64,000 bases of DNA from Convolutriloba macropyga (GCF_964194025.1 NW_027451295.1:1-64000); one strand, 5' to 3'; positions 11,965 through 24,641 are shown, counted from the stretch's first letter. The notes: generated by a model not told the origin, from the sequence alone. Made by a program: numbers and translations.

Positions 11965-14900
11965 ATACTCGTTGACCCGTTGACCCACTGCCGAACCTAG
12001 CCCCCGACAACAGCCCAGTCCCGGCCCCGCCGGCCCGCGCCTGCCTGCCTGCTCACGGGCGCTTCACGCTGCTTTCCTAGCAGCGTGGGGTGGGAGGCAT
12101 GGTTGCCCTGCGCGATCACTCTGCGAGCGCTTCGGCGTCTCCCGGTGGTCTCCGCAGCCATGCTCAACTCCACGCGGCAAGACGTCTGGACAACGTCGGT
12201 CGCGTCCCGTCCCTGGCCGCGCGTGCTGTACGAGTATGCAGTACGGCCGGCCGGGGCTCAGTAGATCCAGCAGTACGTACGACTACAAATCTGAGACAGG
12301 ACGAGATCGAACGATTACGAGCATCTCGTACTCGCACTCCCCCCTCCCATACGATTTACAGTCAGAACTGTCGTGGTCTGAAAACTGATGAATCACTCAC
12401 GGAAATCATCGCTGCTTTGCGTTCGCGATCTGGTTTTTCGATGGGCCTACAAGAGACATGGAGAATAGGAGTAGAGGAGATCTCAGAGGACGGGTACACC
12501 TTCCTCGGCTCAGCACCTACCACCCAGGACTCTCGGCGAGGAGTTTGTGGCGTTGGGTTGCTGCTCAGTCCTCCGGCGACTGCAGCATGGAAAGCTGCTG
12601 GCCCGGACAACATCCATACGGACCTTGGACCCCGAGTGATTGCTGCGCGGATGGTAGTGCAGGACGCCAATGGACGCCAACTTGCTCTATTTCAAGTTGC
12701 GGCTTATGCCCCGACGTCTGGAGCCCCGGCTGAGGAGCATGACATATTTGAAGCTACACTGGCGGAGGCCATTGCCCGGCGGACCTCAGGTGATATCCTC
12801 ATTATCTGTGCTGATACCAATGCGAGCATTGGCCTTGGATGCCTCAGCGGGCCGGATGCCACGTACAGCGCGGTGGGACCCTACGGGATAAACCATATCA
12901 ACGCCGCCGGCCGCCGTTTGCGATCATTCCTCGAGCTGCATGACCTCGCCTCACTCAGTAGTTTTTTTCGCAAACCGTATTACGGCACGTGGCAACATCC
13001 TCGCAGCAGGTTGCAACATCAGCTCGATCACATCATCATTAGCCGGAGCGACTTGAAAAGATTCACCGATGCCGGAGGTTGTGGTGGACAGCTTATCGAC
13101 AGTGATCATCGTGCCGTTAAGTGCAAGCTCCGTTTTGCTGTGCGCCTACGACGGAAATGCGATCCCCGAGCCCGCGTCACCAAGCTCGACTACTCCCCGT
13201 TACTTGATAATGATATCAAGGCTTCCTTCGCCGATAAAGTGGTTGCCACACTGCCTCCCGCGGCTGCGACGTCCTATTCTACCCTAGCGACTGCATTGCG
13301 AGACACCGCGATTGCAACGTTGCCGAAGAGAGGACGGCCTACTCCGCGGTGGTTCGCAGCCAGAGAAACTCGGCTTCTGGACGTGATCGGTAGCCGCAAT
13401 TGTGCATTTCATGCACATCAGAGGGAACCGACTAGTGCTACGAGGATGGAATACAACAAGGCACGAGCTGCGGCCCAGCGTGAGGTCAGACTCGCTAAGT
13501 CAGCATGGATAGTGGAGCAGTGCACGATCGTCAATGACGGTTTCAACGGAGCAACCGGCGGCAAGGCAGCATGGGACACGGTCAAGGTTCTGAAAGCGGG
13601 TCTTGCACCGCCTCGTCGAGCGCCGCAAGCCAAGATGAAGAGGCCAGATGGATCTGTTGCCTCCTCGGCCGAGGAGATTGCTGAAGTCTTTGCGGAGCAC
13701 TTCACTGACCTTTATGGCCGCACCCCGCAGTTCGATGAAAGTGTGCTTGACACGGTACCTGAGGCCCTTGTTGTCTCAAATGAGGAGCCACCTTCGGATA
13801 TGGAGATTCGGAAGGCAGTTGGCAAATTACGCCCCACGGCACCCGGTGCGTCTGGCATTCATGCCAGGCTATGGAAGGCACTTGCCTCTACAGATGATGG
13901 CTTCAGCTACATACAGAGGTGTGTTCTTGCTTTCTGGGAGTCTGAGCAAGTGCCGGCTGAATGGGAGACAGGGCTTTTGAGTATCCTGCCAAAGAAAGGA
14001 GATCTCAGTAAGCCAGGGAACTACCGTGGCATCATGATGCTTGAAGTGTTCTACAAAATTGTGGGGAACATCATCCTGAGCCGCCTCCAACCGATCAAGG
14101 AGGATCATTTGGACCACGAGAACCAGAATGGTTTCCGTCCTCGGCGTGGTTGCTTCGACTCTATCTTCACGGTCAAGCAGGTCATGAAGAAACGCCGGGA
14201 GCACAGCTGTGAGACGTGGATACTTCTCATTGATCTAGTGAAGGCCTTTGACAGAGTGCCCCGTGAGCTGTTGTGGCTGACCATGGGGAAGCAAGGAGTG
14301 CCCCCCAAGCTTATCCAGTTGTTGCGGATGCTTCACGAGAATGTGAAAGTGCAGTTTGAAGTCGATGGAGCTACAAAAGTGATCGATTCGATCATTGGAG
14401 TCAAGCAGGGAGACCTACTAGGCCCTGAGCTCTTCACTTTCTTCATGGAAGCTGTGATGAAGACATGGCGGTCTGAACACCGAGAGGAATATGAACCCTG
14501 CTTGTTCCGGACCAAACCCGACCTAAAACTTACTTCCCGGAAGTATACTACCCGTGGAGAAGAGTTTGCCGTCCTTGACTCCGAATACGCAGATGACACT
14601 GCTGTCATTTTCTCTTCTCGGGAGGACACTGAGAGGATGACTCCTAAACTCATCAACCACTTTGCGAGATGGGGGATGGAGGTGCACGTCGGCTCAACAG
14701 CTAATGCCACATCCAAGTCTGAGATACTCTTCTGCGCGGCTACCCCGGCGGCCTACAAGGAGCGAGCTACCTATGATGGAGCAGACCTGTCAGACATTCA
14801 TATGTCTGGACAGCGCTTCATGCCAGTGGTCAACACCTTCAAATACCTAGGTAGCTATCTCTCCCGCGATTGCAGTGACAGTCATGATGTGAACAGCAGG

Positions 14901-15705
14901 ATAGAGTCAGCAGGAAAGGCATTTGGTGCTCTGCGCAAATGCCTTTTTGCAGCAGACAGTGTCTCCCTTGCAGCAAAACGAGCTGTTTACACAGGGGTGA
15001 TTCTAGCCATCCTTCTTTATGGCTGTGAGTGTTGGTCTCTCACAGAGACCCTATACACTCGCCTTCGGCTATTCCACGCTCAATCCGTGCGAGTCATGGC
15101 TCGAGTTACGCGCAAGGATGTGTGGAGGCGTCGAATTTCCACGACCAAGCTACTGACAGAGCTCGACCTGCTACCTATCGACTACTACATCGCCAGACGC
15201 CAACTGGGGTGGCTGGGGCACGTCGCTCGCATGGATATGCAGCGCTTACCTCGTCGCATGCTCTCCTCTTGGACGCCCCACCGTCGACCTGTGGGTAGCC
15301 CTACGATGACCTACGGTCGTGCGATGAAGAAGGCCCTGCAATGTTTCGGCTTGGAGGACAGCTGGGAGACAGTGGTGCAGCATCGCGAACTGTGGAGACA
15401 GGCTCTGTCTACGGAGAATTTCCGGGCGCGGATGCAAAGGTCCCGACAGAGACCGGCCACTGGCCACTTCTGACATTTCATGCATGTATTCCTGTACGGC
15501 CCACGTACCCCATCTCATACCCGTACCACTACCAAGCATCCCCTGACCTGTACCAGATTTTTACGCGAACTTTATTTATAAAAGAACGCTGTACGTACTG
15601 TCTACTACACTAGCCCCCGAGACTCCATGGTACGGGTGACCTTACCTGGCCCATCGTCCGGGATTATTTCCCTGATAGGACGTGTGTAATGACTGACTGA
15701 CTGAC
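11965..15705 (+). mobile_element. Full-length non-LTR retrotransposon (RTE-like LINE), 3,741 bp
   Basis: Perfect 17-bp TSD TATAGCATGTACTCGTA at 11948-11964 and 15706-15722; 3' tail (TGAC)4 at 15690-15705 preceded by TGTAA; single EN-RT ORF. The paralogous Y copy (~16528) shows the empty site. Confidence 0.92.
12099..15473 (+). CDS. LINE ORF: AP endonuclease plus reverse transcriptase
   Basis: APE motifs (SQNCRGL, GLQETW, YAPT, DTNA, QLDHIII, SDH) and RT motifs (PKKGD..NYRGI, QNGFR, DLVKAFD, GVKQG, YADD, FKYLGS). The C-terminal WLGHVARM..RLPR..RRPVGSP is typical of RTE. First ATG at 12099; the ORF is open from GTG 12090. Confidence 0.93.
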   Translation: MVALRDHSASASASPGGLRSHAQLHAARRLDNVGRVPSLAARAVRVCSTAGRGSVDPAVRTTTNLRQDEIERLRASRTRTPPSHTIYSQNCRGLKTDESLTEIIAALRSRSGFSMGLQETWRIGVEEISEDGYTFLGSAPTTQDSRRGVCGVGLLLSPPATAAWKAAGPDNIHTDLGPRVIAARMVVQDANGRQLALFQVAAYAPTSGAPAEEHDIFEATLAEAIARRTSGDILIICADTNASIGLGCLSGPDATYSAVGPYGINHINAAGRRLRSFLELHDLASLSSFFRKPYYGTWQHPRSRLQHQLDHIIISRSDLKRFTDAGGCGGQLIDSDHRAVKCKLRFAVRLRRKCDPRARVTKLDYSPLLDNDIKASFADKVVATLPPAAATSYSTLATALRDTAIATLPKRGRPTPRWFAARETRLLDVIGSRNCAFHAHQREPTSATRMEYNKARAAAQREVRLAKSAWIVEQCTIVNDGFNGATGGKAAWDTVKVLKAGLAPPRRAPQAKMKRPDGSVASSAEEIAEVFAEHFTDLYGRTPQFDESVLDTVPEALVVSNEEPPSDMEIRKAVGKLRPTAPGASGIHARLWKALASTDDGFSYIQRCVLAFWESEQVPAEWETGLLSILPKKGDLSKPGNYRGIMMLEVFYKIVGNIILSRLQPIKEDHLDHENQNGFRPRRGCFDSIFTVKQVMKKRREHSCETWILLIDLVKAFDRVPRELLWLTMGKQGVPPKLIQLLRMLHENVKVQFEVDGATKVIDSIIGVKQGDLLGPELFTFFMEAVMKTWRSEHREEYEPCLFRTKPDLKLTSRKYTTRGEEFAVLDSEYADDTAVIFSSREDTERMTPKLINHFARWGMEVHVGSTANATSKSEILFCAATPAAYKERATYDGADLSDIHMSGQRFMPVVNTFKYLGSYLSRDCSDSHDVNSRIESAGKAFGALRKCLFAADSVSLAAKRAVYTGVILAILLYGCECWSLTETLYTRLRLFHAQSVRVMARVTRKDVWRRRISTTKLLTELDLLPIDYYIARRQLGWLGHVARMDMQRLPRRMLSSWTPHRRPVGSPTMTYGRAMKKALQCFGLEDSWETVVQHRELWRQALSTENFRARMQRSRQRPATGHF

Positions 15706-15992
15706 TATAGCATGTACTCGTACGGGATACCACTAATCGCTCGCGCTGCGCTTTGAGCAGTACTCATACTTCGTACTCCCCAAAACCCAACGCTTCGCTG
15801 AGATAATTTATAAAAGGATACACCGTACGTGTAGGGTAGGTACTGTTGTACTGTAGAAGGATATTTTTTTTAACACCCTCGGGGCTCGGGCCCACCTTCT
15901 CCAGCCTGCCAGGGGGTGACAAAAAAACACCCTCGGCCCTCGGGCCAGCTTGGGCCGGTGAAAAAGGAGCTACAATATACGAGTATGTAGTT

Positions 15993-16623
15993 AATATGGA
16001 ACTTGGGCAGTTGCACTGCGCGAAGCCATGTTGGGTTTTGGGTACCTAGCACCTACCTAGCGTAGTAGACCTTACTACTCCTATTGAGTATGCCTACTCC
16101 TACTCTTTCCATATCGTATCCTTCGATATTGATTGGTATACGGTAGGTACCTGGAGTAGGTACCCGGAGTAGGTGCTCGTAGGTACCAGTAGTTGGGGCA
16201 GGAGTACTAACGAGTAGGTACCTACCAGTACCTACTCATACTACCTACTCTAAGTACCCGTACCCAGCATTACCCCCTAGATCGTGCGGCTCCTAGCTAT
16301 CCTAATATTGATCGTGCGGCTGCCTAATTTTGCACCTTATTTTTGCACCACATCTTGCGGCTCATGTAGATCGGTTGTTAAATCTGACGGCATAACTTAT
16401 TTAGGATAAGTCGTGCGGTCATAATTGTCCCGCCGATCATCGGACGGCTCCCTATTTTTCGGACATCACTATATCGCTTATCTCACGAGTACTCATACGG
16501 AAACAGTTAAAAACGGAAAAGCGAACGTATATAGTATGTTCCCGTACGAGCGATACCACTAATCGCTACGCGCTGCGCTTTGAGCAGTAGTACCTACTCC
16601 CCAAACCCAACGCTTCGCTGAGA
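15993..16623. mobile_element. Non-autonomous repeat family Y, copy 2 (uninterrupted)
   Basis: Aligns end to end with the split copy 1. Confidence 0.7.
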
Positions 16624-18168
16624 TTATGGCTACGCCATCTAAACAAACTCTGTTTCTCTGGAAAGACGTATAGTACCTACCCTAGTTATTAATTTCGGGA
16701 ATTTTAATACGGCCCGGAATATATAGCGTTATTTATTGGCGACATGAAAACCGAGAGTGACGTGTAGCACACACGATTATTATGAAGCGCAAGGGCGCAC
16801 AAGGGCAACATATCACTGCAGATGCCAACAACATAAAGGTTACGGTATTCGGGTGCAATCTTCATATCGGGAGAACAATATGAAGAATTAGTTTTAACCG
16901 TGATTCTTTCCAACCTACATTTTCCTTTTAAATTCTGTGCCCTCTCATGCAGGTGGCTGCCAGGTACTAATTGTCGAGTATCCACCAATCAATGAATAAC
17001 ATAAGGGTAGGCACCTTGTGGACTACACAAGAGATAGCTTTGATGTCCCTCATGTATCTTTGGCGGTTGCCAGACATTTTACTACTACTACTAAGGGCAG
17101 GCATCTTTGCGTTCTTCGGTACGCTCTTTGGGCGGGGGCCCTTGCACAAGCACAACTGAAGGGTCTTCTGTGAGCATGGCCTCACACGATGCGCACCGTA
17201 TGCCAAGTTTCGCGATTTCATCGGAGTAATCGTATGTTTTCGTGATAATTTTTACCCGAAGCAACGCAGTTCGATCGGATTACAAAGTCTCGAGATTCGT
17301 CACGAGTCGGTGAAAGTTACCTACCTAGCTTGCTAGTTCGTCTAGGTTATAAGCCAGGGCCGGAATCGAGTACCGGTCCCATGTTTATTAGTACTCTAAT
17401 TTCGGGCCGAGATGATCGTGTCTCGTACGAATACTAGTACTAGTACTAGTACTACTAGTACTAGTACTAGTATTGGCCTAAGCTTGGGGGCCCCCTATCG
17501 ATATCGGCCGCCGGAATCCGGATCGATCCCCGACGATACTCGACGAGTAAGGATACCTACAGTACTAGCTAGTACCCGAGACGTCTGGTATACTGCAGTG
17601 TATCTATGCATCTCTAACAAACATAAGGATAGCAGACCAGGCGTGCTCATATGTGCATGGACGCACGGACACGCTGACATGCAAACCCACGGACGCACGG
17701 ACACGCAGACATAAAATGTATGCGAAACTGCGAAAGATAAACAAATCTGTATCGATATTACACTACTAGTAGTACTAGTACTAGTACTAGTATTGGCCTA
17801 AGCTTGGGGGGCCCCTATCGATATCGGCCGCCGGAATCCGGATCGATCCCCGACGATACTCGACGAGTAAGGATACCTACAGTACTAGCTAGTACCCGAG
17901 ACGTCTGGTATACTGCAGTGTATATATGCATCTCTAACAAACATAAGGATAGCAGACCAGGCGTGCTCATATGTGCATGGACGCACGGACACGCTGACAT
18001 GCAAACCCACGGACGCACGGACACGCAGACATAAAATGTATGCGAAAGATAAACAAATCTGTATCGATATTACACGAATAATATCGGAAATAAAGTCGAA
18101 ATACCGCGGAGACGCACGGACACGCACACCGACCAACTAAAACTTCTCAGAACAAACAGAGTTTGTGA
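16623..18168 (-). mobile_element. Helentron/HINE (DINE-1-like) non-autonomous element X1
   Basis: 13-bp subterminal inverted repeat ACAAACTCTGTTT/AAACAGAGTTTGT, terminal hairpin ATGGC-tac-GCCAT, and GACGCACGGACAC-type simple repeats near the opposite end. Both ends are shared, inverted, with X2. Confidence 0.6.
17440..18074. repeat. Near-identical ~320-bp tandem duplication inside X1, each copy starting at an (ACTAGT)n tract
   Basis: Duplicated ORF calls offset by 320 bp (17495 vs 17815); direct sequence match. Confidence 0.9.
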
Positions 18169-18221
18169 CTAGTACAATGAAAATATTATGTACATGTAAA
18201 TACTGAGGCGACACTGATTTG

Positions 18222-18628
18222 TTTTGTTGTTTTAGGTTACCCCCCCTCGGATTTCGCCCCCCCCCCCAACAACAAATTTATTCTTCAAGTACTATATAAA
18301 GTACTATACAAGAATACGCCCCGTTTGGGGGTGGGTGGACCAGGGGTCGTCCGCCCGGCTGATACCTAGGCGTGGGTCGCCCGATTGACCTGTTTTGTTC
18401 GCTCAAGCATAGGAACGTCTCTTTCGGGCATGTTCGGACGTTTTCTGGGCTCTCTCTGGAGATCTCAAGTCTCGAGCTGAAGAACCCCCAGTTCTACTTC
18501 AACACTCATCCTGACACTGCACAAAGTAGGTACTCTGACCCAAATAATTGGTTTAGAGCCAAATGATATATACGTCCCCCCCCCCCCCCCCCCAATTCTG
18601 AGCGGATTGATAACCTAAAACAACAAAA
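18222..18628. mobile_element. Possible MITE with 18-bp inverted repeats
   Basis: TTTTGTTGTTTTAGGTTA (18222-18239) vs TAACCTAAAACAACAAAA (18611-18628); abuts the assembly gap. Confidence 0.4.
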
Positions 18629-18632
18629 ACAT

Positions 18633-18784
18633 NNNNNNNNNNNNNNNNNNNNNNNNNNNNNNNNNNNNNNNNNNNNNNNNNNNNNNNNNNNNNNNNNNNN
18701 NNNNNNNNNNNNNNNNNNNNNNNNNNNNNNNNNNNNNNNNNNNNNNNNNNNNNNNNNNNNNNNNNNNNNNNNNNNNNNNNNNNN
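18633..18784. other. Assembly gap (152 N)
   Basis: Run of N. Confidence 1.
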
Positions 18785-20220
18785 AGGATGGTGCGCAGCA
18801 GCACCGGAGCGGAGCGTTCAGGCTATCAGGTACGTGAAGTAGTAAACATATAATGGGGGCCGGAAAATTTTTATGGACCGTACGATCAAAATCGGGCGGT
18901 GTCTGATGTGCCACGATAGGGTCTGTTTTTCTTATAGGTAGGTCAGAAACTTCTTAATGTCGGGAAATGAAAAAGTGCACGAAAAATAGGCGCCGTCCGA
19001 TGAATCTGTACTGGATTCATGCCGTCCGATTCTCTCTGCCCCCATACCTTAGGGTAGGGTACAATAGCCCCTGTAGGGTTTACCGCCAGCATTGCGACCG
19101 CGGCGTTAAAAAATTCAAAAAAATTGTTACGAGTACCGCCGAGAGTAGGACACTAGTACAGTACGTACTAACGTACTAGCTCTATGTACAGGTAATGTGG
19201 TGCCTAGCTACCATACTATTCCTTGAACGGGGGGTAGGGTAGGTAGGTACTAGGTACCTACTTGCCGATGCCGTGCACTTCTAAAGCACCATCCGCAGCC
19301 TAGCGCTCACACAACTGCAAGTTGCCCTAGTAATAATAATAACAATAATAACAATTTTTGAAAATTTTGGATATTATTAATTATTATTTGCCCGGCATGG
19401 ATTGATCTCAGCCCACGCAGACCCGCCCGGCCCGCGCCCCGCCCGGCGGTCCGGCCATTCCTTTGGCCAGCGCACCTGGCTATAGACTAGCTAGGACCCT
19501 ACCTACCTAGGTTTAGTACATACTATCCTGAAGCCCTGCAAGTATGAGTATCTCCAGTAGCGATAAAGTAGGGTACCCTACCCTAGGCTAGGTGCATTCG
19601 CATGAAGGATGAGATCCAAAATGTAGTCTGTAGGTACCCTACCTACCTAGTACAGTACCCTACGTATCCATTATGCGCAGTCATGCTGCCGAGCGGCAGC
19701 CGTGTAAAACGCTAGCAGGGGGCTTAACACTGCAGGAGAAAGTAGGAATCTCCTCTATTGCACACACAATATTGTCAGAGGCAGGGACAGCCTGGCTGCA
19801 CACATCAAAAGGTCTTTACAGGTCTGCACTAGGGCACTAGGGTATCACTAGGGTATGAGCCGAGGTGAGACCTGGTGTAAGGATGTGCCCAGAAACCCTA
19901 GGAGGACCTGATAGGATACCCTACGATACCCTGGGAACATACACCCGCACTGGTACTCGTACAACTACGTAATCTCGTACGAGTGTAAGATTAACCATAT
20001 TTAATCATATGAATAACAATGAAGGAATATACCAAGGGTACCAAGGGTACGTAACCCTGCGGAAACCCCTATTCCAACCAACATGACATGCTATGTCATG
20101 CTCCACATCATGCCCAACCAAGGGAGCACACATTCTCAACTAACCATAGGTCATGCCATGGGAAGTTGATTGTGATCTTCACATGCAACTTCACATACAA
20201 GCCTGCATGGCCGACCACCA

Positions 20221-22493
20221 TAAGGCTGGGTATCAACTTGGATTTGTCGGTATCGATGGTAGTGATGGTTGGGCCGGCGGGTATCGATAGTTGTGATGGT
20301 TGGGCCAGTCGGTATCGATAGTAGTGATGGTTGGGCTAGCCGGTATCGATAGTCACCGGAAGGTATCGCTATCGGTATCGATAGTCGCGGCATGGTATCG
20401 CTATCTGCATCGATGGTTGAGTGCCATTTCCCTATTGGTATCGATAGTAGCATGACAAATAACTATTGGTATCGATAGTACAAGGCCAATAGACTATTGC
20501 CATCGATAGTTGCGTTCCGTATCGGCATCGGTATCGATGGTCAGGTTTAGTTGAACCATCGGTATCGATGGTCAGGGACAGTTGAACCATCGGTATCGAT
20601 GGTCAGGGACAGTTGAACCATCGGTATCGATGGTCGAGGTCAGTAGAACTATCGGTATCGATAGTCAGGTCAAGGTATCGGCATCGGTATCGATAGTTTC
20701 GACTGGTATCGGTATCGATACCGATACCGATGTATCGCTATCAAGCACTGATAGTTGGGTTTGTTTCATACGAATATTTACAGGTAAGAATACGAATACG
20801 GAAAATTAAAGGTGAACAAAACTCCCCTCTTTCACAAGCTAGGTTGTGTGGCGCAAGAATCGTACTTGGACGATCTCACTTGGCGGGGGAGAGGGTCGAG
20901 CATGCGTGGGTGGGAGCCTCATCCCGCCTACAAATGTTTCACCAATGGGAATTGAACCCGCGACAATGTTGTAACATATGGAAAGCCCCGGCCTTGAGCT
21001 TTCCCCAACATGTCGTGTTGTTCCTCCCCCGGATTTTTCGGTATTTATTGCATACAGTACCCGACATTACTGAATACCTTTATAATAATATGCGCAATTT
21101 GAAAGCGAAATAATCCTAGTACTAGTAGGTACCCTATTATACATATTGGATACGAATATAATAGTAGCTTAGTAGTACTCATTTGTAATTATCACACATA
21201 TTGGCCATGTAGGTAGATGTTTCAATATGGTACAGGCTGGCTGCATGATGGGCCTAGTTGGACAGATCAGCAAAGTCTCTCGTCAATTTTTGTCCAAATT
21301 GCATGATTTTTTCACCAACCTGCATGATTTTTCAAGCTTTAAATCTTTCATGGAATCCCTTCTCGAGATAGGGTCTATTTTCAAAACCCTAAAAACCCTA
21401 ACCCGGCCCTAATAATACCCTAGGGACTTTTCTTGAGAAGGGATTCCATGAAAAATGGCAAGGACCTTCATGGCTATCTTCCCAGCTAGGTTAGACCTCA
21501 AATGGTTCAAAACCCACGAGAGAAAATTCAAACCCTTGATAACCCTATTTTTCCCACTGTTAACAGCTGAAAACCTAGCGGGCCCCCCTGTTCGGATCAA
21601 TCATTAATCCGATGACGGTACCGTACGAGTACTCGTAGTAGTCTTAGTATGATCTTTATTGATTTTGTGATCATTATTGAACAAAATTTGTTAAATACTC
21701 GATTAAAAGATGACAGTTTTGCATGTATATCACGAAAACACAACTTTTTGCTCAGACCCCAGAATGAAAAGCTGACAAGCTCACGATTTAAAGCTCGGGA
21801 AGTTTTTCCGGGGCCTCTTTTCAGCTCCTCATTCCGATGAAAACTCGAAATACAGTGTGGGAAAAACCTCAACTAGAGCGATCAAGCAGCCAGCCTGTAG
21901 GCAAGTAGGTAGGTACTAGTAGGTGGGTAGGTAGGTACTAGGTAGGTGACTTTGTGGTGCAATCAAATATCTGATATTGTCGATACTATCGATGATCCAA
22001 CGGGCGGCCGATATCCGATACCATCGATAGTACAAATCGCAATAACGATTGGTATCGATGGTTGCTGCGAGTAGTGCGGTAGGTATCGATGGTTGGGCAA
22101 TCGTAACTTGATGGTATTGATATCGGACCGTACCAGTATCGATGGTATCGATGTTCCGTGGGTGCTAGGGTAAAGGTATCGATGCTTCGCTGCTAGAATG
22201 GTGATGGTATCGATGGTTTGGGGCAGTTAGGTGATAGTATCGATGGTCAGGCGCGTCTTGCATGATAGTATCGATGGTCAGCCGCTTGGTAAACGATACT
22301 ATCGATGGTCAAGCCCTCTGAATATGATAGTATCGATAGTGAGGGGCGTTCTAAACGATACTATTGATGGGACGGCTTGTTCTTCCCGATGCCATCGATA
22401 CCAGAGGGCTCGATACTTGATGCCATTTCGATGGCAATAGTATCAAAACCTTGATACCTACCACGATGTATCGATGGTTGATACCCAGCCTTA
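20221..22493. mobile_element. Non-autonomous hAT-type DNA transposon
   Basis: 17-bp perfect TIR TAAGGCTGGGTATCAAC / GTTGATACCCAGCCTTA; 8-bp TSD GACCACCA (20213-20220, 22494-22501); subterminal arrays of GTATCGAT motifs at ~20250-20740 and ~21980-22475. Confidence 0.85.
21233..21897. mobile_element. Tc1/mariner-type MITE nested in the hAT element
   Basis: TIR CAGGCTGGCTGC(A/T)TGAT, flanked by TA at 21231-32 and 21898-99; non-coding. Confidence 0.75.
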
Positions 22494-23951
22494 GACCACC
22501 ATTGGCTGAGCCAATTGATCCAAATCCCTTCAAAGGAATATTCCCTTCCAAACCTAGCTCCCATGGCTCCCAAGTGGGGCCATGGTCGCTCCCAAGCCTC
22601 CCAAGAGGCTCCAACCACACTTGTATATAGTGGGGCAATTTCCCCATGTGTAATCAATTGGTAACTCAACCACAACGCTTCCTCTCTCTGCATACACGCT
22701 TGTTACTCACACCTTACTCACACCATACTCTAAGCTCAGCGATCCCATACTCATTCCCTACCTGGGATACTCACTTACTTTCACCTGGTGAGGCCTGTAC
22801 AGGTTGTACAGTCCCCCCCCCCCCCCCCTAAGGGAAGGCTCAGACCTGGGGAGACCAGAGACCAGCTAGAGAGACTCAGAGCAGGTTGATGCCTACTGGG
22901 AGGTATCTAAGAAGCCTGCTAGCGCTGCTAGGGAGTAGAAACACTGCCGCTAGAGCAAAAGTGCATAAGAAACCGCCGGGCAGAGGCCGCAGGGTTGGGG
23001 GTTCCATCTATGTCAAGCGGTAGGAGACCATGCTCACCGTGGGGCACGGGAGGGTCCCGGGGTAAAATATAGAGAATTCTCCCGGATGAATTCTCTAGGT
23101 TGTTTCCCGGTGGAGGAACCAAACACGACCGGGTATCGAAAGGAAGACCAGAGAGGGGGTGAGAAGTGACCGGAAACGGTCGGAAACTGACGACATTGAT
23201 AAGAGCAGCGAAAAGACCAATGGGTGCAAACGCTGGGAGCTCAAAGACAGAGGGAGTGAACAGTCACAGGACTGTTAAACTGCCGAACAGTCAGCAAAAG
23301 CTGGCACAGGGGGCCAGCCAACCGCCGGTATGGTCTGATACCCTACTGCAAGGTTTGCTGGGTCCGCGCAGGCTGTAACAGGTACCGTCAAAAATTAGTA
23401 AGTGCACGAAGGGATGTACACAAAAACGCTCCGCGGCTTGCCGCGGGTCACCGCGGCATCCAATGCAGACGCGCCTAGAGGAAAAAATGCGGATTGAAAG
23501 TAGTAGTAGTAAAATGCCTGGCAACTGCCAGCAGTACACGAGGGACGCGGATTGAAAGCATCCGGATCGAATGGGTAGCATGAATGTGACCTTTTCACTG
23601 GTGTATTCGTCTTCCCATGGTGTCTAATACCATGCTAATACAGGGTCCAAAAGTGTACGCTTCGCAAACTAAATGCACAGCCATGTTCTAGTCAAGTACT
23701 GTTTCGCGATCATTTTACCGTCGTAATAAACGCAAAATTCTGTACTGACAGCATCATGTACGCTCGCGCACGCTGTAATCTAGTACTCGTACTCGTACTG
23801 GTACGCACATGTGCATTCGCAAATCGATCGCACCAGAAGATCGCACGTGCATGTGTGCATGTGTCATTGGCGGTAATTGTATTTGTACAGTACTTCATCC
23901 TGCTCGTACTAGTACTCATCACAAACTCTGTTTGTTCTGAGTGTGTGAAAT

Positions 23952-23957
<6 letters not shown>

Positions 23958-23987
<30 letters not shown>

Positions 23988-24018
23988 TGTGTGTGTGTGT
24001 GTGTGTGTGTCTGTGTGT
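23958..24018. repeat. (GT)n microsatellite
   Basis: Direct reading. Confidence 0.95.
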
Positions 24019-24341
24019 CCGCGAAGTACTCGTAATCGCGCACGCACCGCGGGGTAAATAGTAAATACTCGTACTACAGTACTGTAGTACGCCAGCCCCG
24101 GATGAGAGATCTCGTCTTGTAGGTAGGTTAGGTAGGTAGGGTAGGTAGTAGGTACCTACTCCACCTACCATGCACCGGTGCAAGGGTAGGCCCGGTACGG
24201 TAGGTCGGTACGAGTACAGTACCTGTACCTACCCTACCAGGATTCCTCCTGACCCCGGCCACCGGCCGGAGGGGATACATATATATACGTACTACTGTAC
24301 TACTCGTACTAGTAGTACTCGTCCCTGCTGTGCTGCATCGC

Positions 24342-24641
24342 GACCCCCGACCCCGACCCCCAACCCCGCGACCCCCAACCCCGATCCCGACCCCCAACCC
24401 CGCGACCCCCGACTCGCGACCCCCGACCCCGCGACCCCCGACCCCCGACCCCCGACCCGCGACCCGCGACCCCCGACCCCCGCCCCCGACCCCCGACCCC
24501 CGACCCCCGACCCCCGACCCCCGACCCCCGACCCCCGACCCCCGACCCCCGACCCCCGACCCCCGACCCCCGACCCCCGACCCCCTACCCCCGACCGCCG
24601 ACCCCCGACCCCCGACCCCCGACCCCCGACCCCCGACCCCC
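24342..24641. repeat. (GACCCCC)n heptamer minisatellite
   Basis: About 300 bp of mostly GACCCCC units, more degenerate at the left end. Confidence 0.95.

Larger units (their letters stand above)
11288..15806. mobile_element. Non-autonomous repeat family Y, copy 1, interrupted by the LINE
   Basis: 11288-11964 plus 15723-15806 align with the uninterrupted copy at 15993-16623 (TATGGAACTTGGGCAGTTGCACTGCGCGAAGC ... CCCAACGCTTCGCTGAGAT). Subterminal inverted motifs GCGAAGC..GGTTTTGGG / CCCAAAACCCAACGCTTCGC. Confidence 0.7.

Noticed and set aside
20250-20740. CRISPR-like repeat-spacer array of GTATCGAT motifs
   Set aside because: The repeats are short and irregular, the context is eukaryotic with no cas genes, and they are explained as hAT subterminal repeats.
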